The notes: a model not told the origin generated them from the letters alone. A stretch of 49,386 bases of DNA from Octopus bimaculoides (GCF_001194135.2 NC_068985.1:126206989-126256374); one strand, 5' to 3'. Counted from the first letter of the stretch, positions 1 to 11,899 are shown. Numbers and translations are program-made.

Positions 1-172
1 TATATATATATATATATATATACGTGTGTGTGTATGTGTATGTGTGTATGGTATGTGTCTGCGTGTGGGTAGTTGTGTGTGTGAGACGGAGTATCTGTGC
101 CTATACACATTTTCAATCAGTCATTGTAACTCCTTCAAAACAGTTACATTACTTTTTACTTAATATATTGTA

Positions 173-203
<31 letters not shown>

Positions 204-649
204 TGTATGCATGTATGTATGTATGTATGTATAATACTGTGTGCATATTTTGATGGCTACAATGACTTCACAGCACGGCATTCGTTTTTCTTCGAATGCA
301 CTGATGAAATCTCAGATATTAAATTACTATATGTGCGTATGTTTATTTTTGTGTGTCTGTGTGCGTGTGTGTTCATACATGTGTTTATATGTGCACATGA
401 GTGCGCACGTGATATACGTTGTTGTTTTACTGTTGTTTTTCTATGACTTAGTCAGAGGCAGAAGGATAGCATCGATGGCATTTTTCAGGGTCTCCAAGAT
501 TATTGAAGCGATAAAAAATATCTCATCTTCAAACCGGCCTCGGTTCTTCAGCGTTGTGTCGTTTAAAGACGTATATTGAAGAGCCATGTGATAGCATTCA
601 ACCCGTCGGCGAATTAGATCTACCACCCAAAACAGGACTGATCTTCACG

Positions 650-805
650 ATGAGATTCCACAAGGTTTTCGTCTACCGAATTTCGCTCACAGTGCTTCAA
701 TCAACTTTAAAATATCGCAAAAGACATTAGCCCAAGACGCAGTGCAGTAGGATTAAACTGGAAGCTATATAGTTACGAAACAAACTTCTTAACCACACAG
801 CATCC
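650..805 (-). mobile_element. SINE family A, diverged 5' fragment
   Basis: Reverse complement matches the family head GCTGTGTGGTTAAGAAGTTTG... and the GGTAGACGAAAAC segment. Confidence 0.6.
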
Positions 806-1389
806 CAGCGCTTCAGCTTTGAAAATAAATATGTTATTGCTCTGTCTACTTGTGGTGAATTCAAATGAGTTGCAGTTCTCACATAACTAGTTTTAGATTC
901 GGTGCACCAAAACTGTTTGGATAGGAACCAGATTGTCTTGTTACATCTTCTGACATACCTCTGACTGCGAAGGGTCAGTACATGGAACGTACTTTTTCCT
1001 TCATTCAGCCATAAACAAATCGTTCGAAACCACGTTATGTTCTTTAGTCGATGGCACGTCACAAAATATTTGCTTACATACTAATAATAGGCGCAGGTGT
1101 AGCTGTGTGGTAAGAAACTTGCTTCACATCCATAAAGTTCCGGGTTCAGTCCCACTGTGTGGCACCTTGGGCAAGTGTCTTCTACTATAGCCTCGGGCCG
1201 ACTAAAGCGTTGTGGGTGGATATGGTAGATGAAAACGGCAATAATTCCATCATATATATGTATATACATATCTATGTGTTTGTGTCTTTGTGTCTGTGTT
1301 CATCCCTCTACAACTGGTGCTGATACATCATTTACATTATTTACGTTATTTACATTTGACGGATATTTGTCCTCATCTTGTTTGTTGTT

Positions 1390-1435
1390 AACACAACGTT
1401 TCGGCTGATACACACTCCAGCCTTCATCAGGTGTC
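1390..1435 (-). ncRNA. Minimal type I hammerhead ribozyme motif (Penelope type)
   Basis: Minus strand GACAC-CUGAUGA-A-GGCUG[GAGUGUGUAU]CAGCC-GAAAC-GUU-GUGUU: stem I GACAC/GUGUU, 5-bp stem II, palindromic AACGUU in place of stem III. Confidence 0.7.
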
Positions 1436-1492
1436 TTGGGGAAATTTTGAACCTGGGTTCTCATTCCTAAGGTATCTTTCGATGTTATTGTA

Positions 1493-1555
<63 letters not shown>

Positions 1556-1620
1556 CCAACAACAACAACAACATCGAAAAATACCTTAGGAATGAGAACC
1601 CAGGTTCAAAATTTCCCCAA

Positions 1621-1666
1621 GACACCTGATGAAAGCTGGAGTGTGTATCAGCCGAAACGTTGTGTT
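1621..1666 (+). ncRNA. Minimal type I hammerhead ribozyme motif (second copy, A.C mismatch at base of stem II)
   Basis: GACAC-CUGAUGA-A-AGCUG[GAGUGUGUAU]CAGCC-GAAAC-GUU-GUGUU. Confidence 0.6.
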
Positions 1667-2083
1667 AACATCAAACAAGATGAGGACAAATATACGTCAA
1701 ATGTAAATAATGTACATAATTCATCGTCTCTTAAATATAGAACTGAACTGTTGCTGGTGTGTTTACGTCCTTGTAATTCAACGGTTCGGCAAAAGAGACC
1801 GATAGGATAAGTACCAGGCTTATAAAGAGTAGGTACTAGGGTCGATATATTCGACTGAAAATTTTTCAAGGTGGTGCCCCAGTATGGCCGCAGTCTAATG
1901 ACTGAAACGAGTAAAAAATAAAAGGTGAAAGATTTACTATACCCATCTGTATCTGAAAGCCTGTGAAAGTCAGAGGTCTTGAAAATGAGTAGCTAAAAGT
2001 GAATTTATGCTATAGTAAATACGGTATTTTCTAATTATATTCTGTGTTGAGCGTATTTTTAAATGTTTGATTCTATTTTATAT

Positions 2084-2302
2084 TAAGGCGACGAGCTAGC
2101 AGAAATATTAGCACGCCGGGCGAAATGCTTAGTGGTATTTTGTCTGTCTTTACGTTTTGAGTTCAGATTCCGCCGAGGTCGACTTTGCCTTTCATCCTTT
2201 CGGGGTCGACAAATTAAGTACCAGTTGCGTACTGGGATCAATGTAATCGACTGGCCCCCACCTCAAAAAATTCCGGGCCTTGTACCTAGAGCAGAAAAGA
2301 TT
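2084..2302 (+). mobile_element. SINE family B (~220 bp, tRNA-like head)
   Basis: AAGGCGACGAGCTAGCAGAAA...CGCCGAGGTCGACTTTGCCTTTCATCCTTTCGGGGTCGA...CCTAGAGCAGAAAAGA. Confidence 0.9.
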
Positions 2303-2883
2303 CTATTTTATATTTTTCATGTACGCCTATGTTGTTACCCTGAATTTCTAGCGTTACATTAATTTCTCTTGTGAAAGATATAATCCTTAACTAGAAAATT
2401 GTGTTTGTTGATACTCCACTAACATATGTTTTAAGTACTATATATTGTACTTGGGTGGTAGACATAATCCGTCTGCCAGTTTAGAACTATCACCAGACCA
2501 TTAACTCCATTTGAGTCAAGTACGCAGCAAGCGTTCGCACAAAATCCCCAGTCTAGGGATAACTTTATATGCTACTTCCTTTGCTGCCACAAGTCTTAGA
2601 ATCCCTGAAAATAGGGTCACGATTGCTGTCCCACTTCTTACTAAACCATAAAAACTTAAAACGCAAAAACAAAATAATAATAATAATCCACTCAAAAGTT
2701 TCGAAAGAAACTTGAACTCTTTCTCCAAAGGCTCAAAATAACGAATACTCACGTGACCATCTGAGAAACTTTATTAGAGACAGGATCAGCTGTTTCTCAA
2801 TTATCATTTTTATTTGCTAAATATTGTTCATCACTTAGATGCAGGTGTTCAAAGGATAATTTTAGTAAATAATAATCTCTTAC

Positions 2884-3048
2884 CTGCTTCTCCATGTCCT
2901 GCGATGAAAATGTTTGCCCTAGTCATACCCAACTGCTCCAGGTCGGCTGCTAAACTTATGATATTTTTCTCCAGTCTTGCGAGATTCCTATCAAAATTTA
3001 CAAGTGCCAACCATAACTTTAGCTGACTGCGTTTCTGTATGTATTGCC
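2884..3048 (-). CDS. Internal 165-nt coding exon of the same alpha/beta-hydrolase-fold gene
   Basis: Pyrimidine tract TTTTGTTTTTCGTTTTGTTATTTATATCCAG| acceptor and |GTAAGA donor; phase 1-1; only one open frame: (G)QYIQKRSQLKLWLALVNFDRNLARLEKNIISLAADLEQLGMTRANIFIAGHGEA(G). IFIAGHGEAG resembles the strand-nucleophile-elbow motif xFxAGHSxGG. Confidence 0.8.
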
Positions 3049-4281
3049 CTGGATATAAATAACAAAACGAAAAACAAAATTCAGGAAAACCAATAAGAGA
3101 TTTAATGACATCAATAGTACTTATATATGCGCTGCATATGCATGTATGTATGTATGCATGTATGCATGTATGTATGCATGCATGCATACATGTATGTATA
3201 CATCTACATACGTATGTAGGTATATATGTGTGTGCGTGTGTGTTTGTATGCTTACGATATAGTCTAGCACTGAATGAACTCGTACCCATATCAATTAAGA
3301 ATACCGTCGTCTCAAGATTCTTTGACTACCTTGTGCACACCCAGGGGATTTAGATCGCCGTTCAAGATGCTAAGAAAGCAATCAAACTTCCGCCTTTAGA
3401 TTTTTTGGTTTGACACAGTATATAATTATGTATTTGCTCTCTGGATGTGAGATATGTGCAATATTTGTTGTCGGAGATCAACAATTGTTCACAACAACTT
3501 GAGAGCAGCAATAAGTTCCCAAAATTCCCAACTTCTCAGCTGGAACTTCACCACTGGATGCAGTTTTATGTCGTACCCAGGACAAATCACAGCCAAGCAT
3601 TTTAGAAAGGTCACTTAGTGCATTTTGATTAAGATCTGACTTTAGCATGAAGGGTCACGATCACCGATGCCGGAAGAAATGACAAAAGGTGGAATTTGGG
3701 AGGATTAGGGTTAGGGTTTCACTCTGTATCCTTTCTTTCTAAAAGAGAACAAAGGTAAATACGGGATGCGGTAGTTTACTTATGCATGTCTTCTTCGTGG
3801 TGGAAGGCTTTTAGTTGTACCACTAATTAGTTAATGCCATCACGCTAACTTGACACTGACTGGTCCCTCTGTCAGTTATAATTTCAGTCTTGTCAATTAA
3901 CTGGACAGGATTAACGTAAAATACAGTATCTTGTTCAAAGACACAGTGCAACTCACGGACCGCGACTTATGATCCAGATGCTAGTTACCTAATCACAAGC
4001 CAAAGTTCTTTCTAGAACGACAAATGCCTGGTGCTAAATATACTATGTAATCTTTTTAAAGAAAATTAGGATTCCAGATTTTAACATCTTAAAGATGGTT
4101 CAGATTGGTTTTAGGTGGACTGAATTGCTATTTTTAGCAGATCACATGAGCACACAGATGCTTCCTCGTTAACGTTAAGGTGTATTTGCCATGACGGATA
4201 ACAAAGATTAAAGGCAGCATACTTGAAAACCAACAGGTAGAGTTGTTACAGCGTGAGCAAAAATGTTTTTCGATATGTTCC

Positions 4282-4323
<42 letters not shown>

Positions 4324-4851
4324 TGATGTCATATGAATTTATAAATCTTCGAGGGAACATGAAATTACTTTTTTGTGGAAATTATTCTTCTGAAGCACAC
4401 TTAAAGCAACAAATAATAGTATATAAATATCGGGTAGAAAATCCCTTTTGGATAGAAAAGGTCGAAGGCTGCTTGTGGATCTCGAACCCACAACTCTTGC
4501 GCGCATGACGGATATTCGAAGGATTGATTTGCTCCAATGATGTGCCTATATTTATGTGTGTGTGTGTATACGTACGTACATACATACATACATACATACA
4601 TACATACATGCATACATACATACATACATACATACATACATGCATGCATACATGCATACATGCATACGCATGTGCGTACGTATATTCATATGTGTGATAT
4701 GAGTGAGTGTTTCAGAGAAATTGTCATACAACAAATTCGAAGACGTGTCACTATTTCAATTTTTCCGTTGCTTGCGAGGCTTACATCAAATGTAGTTTCG
4801 AACGTAAATTTGGGAGGGTGAGAGATACTATACAAAGCAATAACAACAACA

Positions 4852-4913
<62 letters not shown>

Positions 4914-5446
4914 CAACGTACGAACTATCCTGAATGGGCTTTTTTTTTGCAACCTACTATAAGAACACTCAATAATAATAATATCACCGTTGCTACCACC
5001 ACCACCAACAGCCAAATCAACACCAGAACATGCCAGCACCCTCTAAACTTCCAAATACCAAACACCGTAAACTAAACACCAAAAAATCAATTTAAAAGAT
5101 AAACAACATACAAAAGGTAAAGCAAAATGACGTCATTGTTTTCGATTGTATAAACAAGAAATAAATGTAAAATAAATACAAGAATGCAAATACCGAAAAT
5201 ATAATCAACGAAGGATACAGTTTAACTCGGCACCATTCTGTTTATGATTTAGAAAGTTCCAAGTTTCGATAAATAAATTCAGTTTAAAGACTTTGGAAGT
5301 ATAATCACGATAAGAATGTTTAAAAATAAAATGGATAACTTATTTTCTTCCTCACTTTCTCTGCCTCTCTCACCACATACTTGCTTTCGCACCTTCTCTC
5401 TTTATTTTTACTTCTAATCTTTCTCTTCCAATTCCTTCTCTCTTTT

Positions 5447-5529
5447 CTATTTTGTTCTTCTCTCTTTCCCTCTACCCCTATTTTGTTCTTCTCTCTTTCC
5501 CTCTACCCCTATTTTGTTCTTCTCTCTTT
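5447..5529 (+). repeat. Tandem repeat, ~2.7 x 31 bp
   Basis: CTATTTTGTTCTTCTCTCTTTCCCTCTACCC repeated. Confidence 0.85.
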
Positions 5530-5663
5530 ATCTCTCTTATCTTGGTTGCATTCTAAAATGATCCTGACATCAACTCTAAACGACTGCGGGCTTTAACACT
5601 TGCTTAATAATTCTTTCAAATTTAGGCAAAAAGGAAGGGTGTTCGTTGATTTCATCAACCAAC

Positions 5664-5815
5664 TACTTAATTGCTACTTTATTTTATCGACCCCAGAAAC
5701 ATGAAAGCAAAGTTAACCTCGGCGGGATTTGAACTCAGAACGTAAAGGACCAGAACAAACACTACAAGGCGTTTTTTTCTTTTCGAACGTTTGATTCTGT
5801 CATCCCTCCGCCCTA
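5664..5815 (-). mobile_element. SINE family B, diverged
   Basis: TTTTATCGACCCC...CCTCGGCGGGATTTGAACTCAGAACGTAAAG. Confidence 0.7.
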
Positions 5816-7924
5816 AGAATGTCTAACTTCGTAAAATGGTAATTTAGCTTAATTTATTTGTCTCAAGTTATGCCTTTCTAACGATTTCAAAGAAGGATGA
5901 AATAGCGTTATACATGGCTACCAACAACTAGAAGCTTTACGATCGTTATAATGTCTGATAAGAAATGATATTAACTGCTTATATTTTGTACACCTCGTTT
6001 ATTCTTTGATGTAAATTCCAAACTCTCAAATCTGCCTCAGCTTAACTTCATCTAGATAGTTGACCATCAGGAGTACATCACGGAAATGAATTCTTACATT
6101 ACCACAAAACCAAGTATTTTAAAAGTAGTTGTTGGAATTGTCGATTAAATCGAATGTAGTTCATGACTGGTTGATAAAATGTTTTAAAAGATAGCTTGAA
6201 ATCAAGTGGAGAATGGCTGTCACTAGCAGTGCTGTTTGCAATATCGATGATATTAAATTATAATTGACTCTAGTTATTATCATGGAATAATAGAAAGTGT
6301 GTGAAATACAATGACGGGACGTGAATCTGACAAAGCATTGGTTATCATCATCATCGTCGTCGTCGTCGTCGTCTTCCAGTCGGGAGACTTTACCGGATCT
6401 ATTTAACCCAGTTATGGGTTGAATGACATGTAAATAGAAGTCTGCTGTGAATATGAGAATAAACAGCCTCGGACCAAATCACCAAGCACCCGGTGACCAC
6501 ATGAACTAGTGTTATGCTGAAATCACAGAATGGTCGCTGAACATAAGTTCAATGGCGAATATCATTAGATGTTGAGCGGATGAATTCAACAAACTATCAA
6601 CGGCCAGGATCAACCAGTTCATTTAGCGAACTTCTGCAATCATCTATAGTCGTGGTACGTACAGATGAGCTTTTTAACTATCGAAAGAAAGCATTGGTAA
6701 TTGAATGATATCAAAATGAATTGATAAATCACATCGTGAATAAAACAAGTGATTGACAATCTGGCACATATTAATAAAAAATAGCTTGGATAAGGTATAG
6801 AATAACGTAAATTATATGTGCAGAAAATCTATGAATTTTAAAAATTGCTATCATTCATTGTGTTATATAATTTGTATATGCAACATATACACAGTACTTT
6901 ACTACTAACATTGTACTGATATTCTTGTAAATATATCTCCACCTACGAAAATTCGGTGGATTGGATAATTCGGTAAGCTGCAGTGATGTTCCTTTCGTTT
7001 AATCATCTTTGATATTAAAATTAGTCTTATTTTGAGGCAATATCACTTAAAGATGTTTTATAAGTTCTACAAAGGACTTTTCATTTAAGCATGCAAACAC
7101 TTATTCATTGAGGTATATACCTACCTTAAGAAAAAGAAGTCAAACTGACCCAGGTACCTTTCTCCAAACATTGCACGCACACAAATACGGACACAGACAG
7201 ATACAAAGAGATACAGAAACAAACACGTGCACACATACGTACATACACGCGCACGCACACACACACACACACACACACGCGCGTAGTGGAAATTTATTTA
7301 ATGAGCCATGAGGAAGGTAATGTTAAATTAACATGTAGAAGTCGAAATACTACTGATGTCAAAGCCATGGCTATGTTTTGTCTGGTGATTAAAGTAGTGT
7401 TAAACAAAGGAATGATGAAAAAAATTGCAAAGTTATTTCTTGTAATCTGTGCTACATTCAGTTAGAGAGGAATGTGTGTTACTGGTTAGGGTGTAATGAT
7501 GGTAATTATTTCACTGAAATTCAATAGCTTTTTCTTTTTTCTTTATTCTTTTCCTACTCAACAGACCGTTAACAAAATCTGAAAGATGATATATCAATGG
7601 TTGTCAAATCTGAAATTAGACAGAGTTCCTAAAACTTGACGAACTGCAGATTCATAATGAAACATTTCCAAGCATGGCTGGTCATTGGAGTAGAATCTTG
7701 GTGCAAGAAATGATAACGTAGTCCTGAATCAAAGTTTAACTTTTAATTTCTTGATTTGTTTAGATTTGGGGATTAAATTCTTATAGAACGGACCGATTTA
7801 AGAAGCGAATCGAAAATCACTACAAAATTTCATAAGTTTATTTTTGGAGCAATTTATAATGAAAGAACCGCGTGTGCGCACGCATTAGCCCGCAGCCTCA
7901 CAGCTCATAGCTATATGTCGCATG

Positions 7925-8210
7925 CGCTAGTAAGAATATGCATTCCGTCTCCCGCCAGATCCTCCTACCAGGGCTTTATTCTCATTCGACGCAGCAGCTG
8001 CGGGCAAGAAGAGGTCTGGTGGAATACCGCGCACCAGATGGCTTGTCGTTATTGGAGAATATCTCCAGAGGCCCAACGGTGCCTTGGCTGGCACAGGACC
8101 GATAGCGATGGAGAGCACTGGTGGACCTAGTCGGCTCTACACATGTTGACATGTCCGGGACCACTATCCTGGGATGACCTCAGCCCTATCAAGCAAGAGC
8201 ATGAAACAAG
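7925..8210 (+). mobile_element. RTE-clade LINE 3' fragment
   Basis: Frame RQILLPGLY...PWLAQDR*RWRALVDLVGST resembles the RTE ORF C-terminus LAQDRxxWRALV. Confidence 0.6.
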
Positions 8211-8554
8211 CAGAAGCAGTAATTTATAATCATAGAACAGTGGTCACTTGAAGCTAGGTTGAAACTACATGATGTATATTATATTCAAGTCATAACCATC
8301 CACATATAATAATTAGCAATATCTTTTTGTTCACAGCTACACCAAGGAAATTGTGTGAATGTAGAAGGCTAGGAGATTGTCAAACAATAAATAAATAGTG
8401 GGTGACGGCAGGAAACAAAATGTAAACTTATGGCTTTCTATTCAACGGAGGACAGCGTATTCCATCAGAACTGAGACGTTAAACTGGATGTTAAAAAACT
8501 GTTCTCATACAACTATTCGTGCGTAAACAAAAATCTAGCAGTACGAGTCTTGTT

Positions 8555-8980
8555 GTAACAGAAATTACTGTTAACAAATATAGGAGTTATTTCATAAATA
8601 ACCAAACTTCGCCTATCTCCAATTACAATTTGGAACTCATGAGACTATGTGCAGAACTAGTTTAAATACCAAATACTATATGATTAAGAAGCAAGCTTCT
8701 TACTGCACCTATGAGTTTACCAAATATGATAAAAAATTATTTCATTGAGACTACCCTTAAAGTTTTTTCACTTGAAATATTTAAAGTAGTGGAGTATTCA
8801 AACTGGTTCTACAGTGAAATCCTTCTGCTTCAGTATTCTTTTTTGTGCTTCGGTCTCTGAACTTGGCACTTAAAGTAGTTCTGTACATAGTCCCATGAGT
8901 TCCAAGTTGGAATTGGAGGTAGGCGAAGTTTGGTAAATTATGAAATAGCTCCCATATTTGATAACAGTAATTTCTGTTAC
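8555..8980. mobile_element. MITE / fold-back element with ~110-bp terminal inverted repeats
   Basis: 8555-8665 (GTAACAGAAATTACTGTT...CAGAACTAGTTTAA) is the reverse complement of 8870-8980 with about 10% mismatch. Confidence 0.75.
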
Positions 8981-9015
8981 TTAAAGCACATGCTACTAGA
9001 GTTTTGTTTACACAC

Positions 9016-9061
<46 letters not shown>

Positions 9062-9294
9062 ACAATGAGGATATTTAAACCATTTATAGGGATATTCATC
9101 CAATATACACTGGTTTAATATATTAGATACTGAAGAGATAATTCTTCAATGAATATAATATATCAATATCGTAAAATATCAAACATTTTTATCGAGTTAG
9201 AAAACAGAGAGATCTAATGGATGCAAATTAATTTATTAATTAATCACCATATTCACCAACAATTGTTTTATTTCACAAGAAATATTAAAATTAC

Positions 9295-9360
<66 letters not shown>

Positions 9361-9365
<5 letters not shown>

Positions 9366-9588
9366 GCATTCTAAATACCTTGTAAGGAAAATTATCAGGG
9401 TGTGCAGAGGACAATAAGGATTATGTTAGGATACTTTAGGAATACACAAAATATACAGACATTTTTACTATGTATATATGTGTACGTGTGTGTGTGTGTA
9501 CGCATGCGCTAAAATTGTTCCTTTTATTTCAGTTCAATGACAATAACTATTATTATCATAATAATTATGATTATTATTATTATTATTA

Positions 9589-9635
<47 letters not shown>

Positions 9636-9810
9636 GTGAATTGAAATAAAAGAAATAATTTTAACGCATGCGCATACACACACACACGTATAAATACACA
9701 CATAGTAAACATGTCTGTATATTCTGTGTTTTCCTAAAATATCCTAATGTGATCCTAATGCACACCCTGAAGATTTTCCTTACAAGGAAAATGCAAGATT
9801 GCATATATAT
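9361..9810. repeat. Long inverted repeat (~180-bp arms) around an (ATT)n spacer
   Basis: 9361-9540 vs rc of 9636-9810: CCTTGTAAGGAAAATT, CAGGGTGTGCA, AATATACAGACAT, CGCATGCG, TTTTATTTCA blocks all in order. Confidence 0.85.
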
Positions 9811-10030
9811 TCTTTTCTACTCTAGCTAGGCACAAGGCCCGAAATTTGTGGGGAGGAGTCCAGTCAATTAGATCGACCTCAGTACATAGCTGGTACTTAA
9901 ATTATCGACCCTGACAGGATGAAAGACAAAGTCGACCTCTGCGGAATTTGAACTCCCAACGTAAAGACAGACGAGATACCGCTAAGCCTTTCGCCCGTCG
10001 TGCTAACATTTCTGCCAGCTCGCCGCCTTA
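9810..10030 (-). mobile_element. SINE family B
   Basis: Full reverse-complement match. Confidence 0.9.
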
Positions 10031-10046
10031 TATATATTATATATAT

Positions 10047-10178
10047 TCTTTTCTACTCAAGGCACAAGGCCCGAGATTTTGGGGCAAGGGATCAGTCGAT
10101 TAGATCGACCCCAGTACGCAACTTGTACTTAATTTATCGACCCCAAAAGGATGAAAGGCAAAGTCGACCTCGGCGGAA
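10047..10178 (-). mobile_element. SINE family B, 5'-truncated, directly adjacent to the previous copy
   Basis: Tail TTCTTTTCTACTC through GACCTCGGCGGAA; flanked by ATTATATATATTCT on both sides. Confidence 0.85.
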
Positions 10179-10740
10179 ATATTATATATATTCTGCGATG
10201 GTTTTTGGTAAACAGTGACGATTTTTACAATTCTGTAAATAATATTTTATAAGCTCAAAGCTTATAAGCGATCACCGTGTAATGACTAAATAAAATAGTT
10301 TAAATATTGGAGCATATAAGCCCTCGACAGAAAAAAAGTAGGGTTTTCGTACGGATGAATCATAACCTCGGACCCTACCACAAGGGTACTTGGAGTTCTT
10401 CATTAATCTAAACAATATTGTTAGCCCCCTGTGCCAGCAGAGAGCTTAAGAGGTATTTTGCCCGGATTGATGATAATCCCTCACTGTAAGTTCCATTATA
10501 TATATATATATATATAAAGATATATATATATATATAATACAAAGGATATATAAGCATGTATACACACACATATATGTACATACTTACATCTACATGTGTA
10601 TATAGATCCATATTCGGGTACAGAACGTTAGAAAAATGAACCACAGACAACGGAACGAACACATAGGAAAACAAAGAGCCACTTGGAATTATTCCTTCAT
10701 CAGCTGCCTCTATTCTAAACTAGGCGTTTCGATATTGGAC

Positions 10741-10850
10741 TTCTCACAGTTTCCGTCTACCAAATTCATTCACCAGACATTGATCGTGCTGTAGAACTGT
10801 ACCCGAAACCGCGTGGTTGCGAAGCAAACATCTTAACCACACGGCCACAT
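10741..10850 (-). mobile_element. SINE family A, diverged fragment
   Basis: TTTCCGTCTACCAAATT...CTTAACCACACGGCCAC matches the reverse-complement head. Confidence 0.6.
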
Positions 10851-11739
10851 AGCATTTATTTACTTATTTATCTACATTTCATAGCATTTATTTATTTATT
10901 CATATATTTATTTACATATTTATATATTTATTTACATTTCATGCTTATATACGTGTATATAACAGTGTGTGTGGAGTGGGGGGGGGGTGAGATTGTGTAT
11001 GTGTTGACTTGCTTATTTCGATTCGTCGTCCTTCTCTGACGTGCCTGTCTGCCTGCCTGTCTGGAAATCACTGATGCAGCAAATAAAGATGAAGTCAGAG
11101 TGTCTGAGTGACAGCGCCACGAGACCAGAGGAAGATGAATTGTGTGAACAGGCGTGTTGTTCAGACAGCTAATGTTATATTTGGCTACTGTGGTAGGCGG
11201 AGGGTGTCTGTTTATTTGTTTCGTAGTTGTTGTTGTTGTAGAGGTGGTGGTACTGCAGAAGTACTGGTGCTGGTGGTGTTGGTGGTGCTGGTGGTGTTGG
11301 TGGTGTTGGTGGAGTTGGTGGTGGTGGCTGGATTTTTTAAGGGATTTTTGTTGTTGTTTTTTNNNNNNNNNNNNNNNNNNNNNNNNNNNNNNNNNNNNNN
11401 NNNNNNNNNNNNNNNNGGATTGCCTTTATCGTACTGGTGTTGTTGATGTTTGGTAGTCATGCAATGATGATGTTGATGATCATGATAACGGTGATAATTG
11501 TTGCTGTGGCGCTTACGGTATTAGGGATGGTGGTTATGGTGGTGGTGGTGGTGGTGGTGGTGGTGATAGGAGTAGGTTTTTTTGTGGTGGGGATTATGAA
11601 GGTAACAGTTTTGGCGGCGGTGGCAGCGGTGCTAGTTTTGTCAATGGTTATAGGCTGATGACAGCGATTGCAATCGTGATAATATTTGCATTTTGGTGAG
11701 ATAATTATAATGCTGATAATAATATATTGATTTTAAATT

Positions 11740-11867
11740 TTGACACAAGGCCAGCAATTTTAGCGGAGGGTTGGATGATTCGATTACATCGAGCCCTGTG
11801 TCCAACTGATTCTTATTTTATCGACCTCGAAAGGGTAAAAGGCAAAGTCGACCTCGGCGGAATTTGC
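11740..11867 (-). mobile_element. SINE family B, partial
   Basis: GACACAAGGCC...AAAGGCAAAGTCGACCTCGGCGGAATTTG. Confidence 0.75.
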
Positions 11868-11899
11868 CCGGATCTATCCACTTCACATGTCATTACTGT

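Larger units (their letters stand above)
1323..1745. mobile_element. Fold-back (palindromic) Penelope-like non-autonomous insertion inside a SINE
   Basis: Inverted arms 1336-1490 and 1566-1720 (~155 bp, few mismatches) around an (ATT)n/(AAC)n spacer. Flanked by AACTGGTGCTG (1312-1322) and AACTGTTGCTG (1746-1756), which split a family-A SINE. Confidence 0.75.
1090..1924 (+). mobile_element. SINE family A (tRNA-like head, central TA/CA repeat, AAAAG tail), interrupted at 1323-1745
   Basis: Head GGCGCAGGTGTAGCTGTGTGGTAAG...GGGTTCAGTCCC and 3' part CGGTTCGGCAAAAGAGACCGATAG...ATGACTGAAACGAGTAAAA shared with many other copies in the window. Confidence 0.85.

Noticed and set aside
441-626. Minus-strand ORF VDLIRRRVECYHMALQY...LLPLTKS as a downstream exon of the hydrolase gene
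   Set aside because: It looks protein-like, but has no good splice acceptor and no match to the motifs expected after the nucleophile elbow. Not excluded; needs RNA-seq.
727-1062. HVLTLRSQ followed by AG|GTATGT, resembling the PVLTLxGE motif of the hydrolase family
   Set aside because: Surrounding residues do not fit, there is no acceptor, and the ORF end runs into a SINE.
2516-2640. Candidate terminal exon (VRSGTAIVTLFSGILRLVAAKEVAYKVIPRLGILCERLLRT*)
   Set aside because: A pyrimidine tract and phase are compatible, but it would truncate the fold and shows no family similarity I can recognise.
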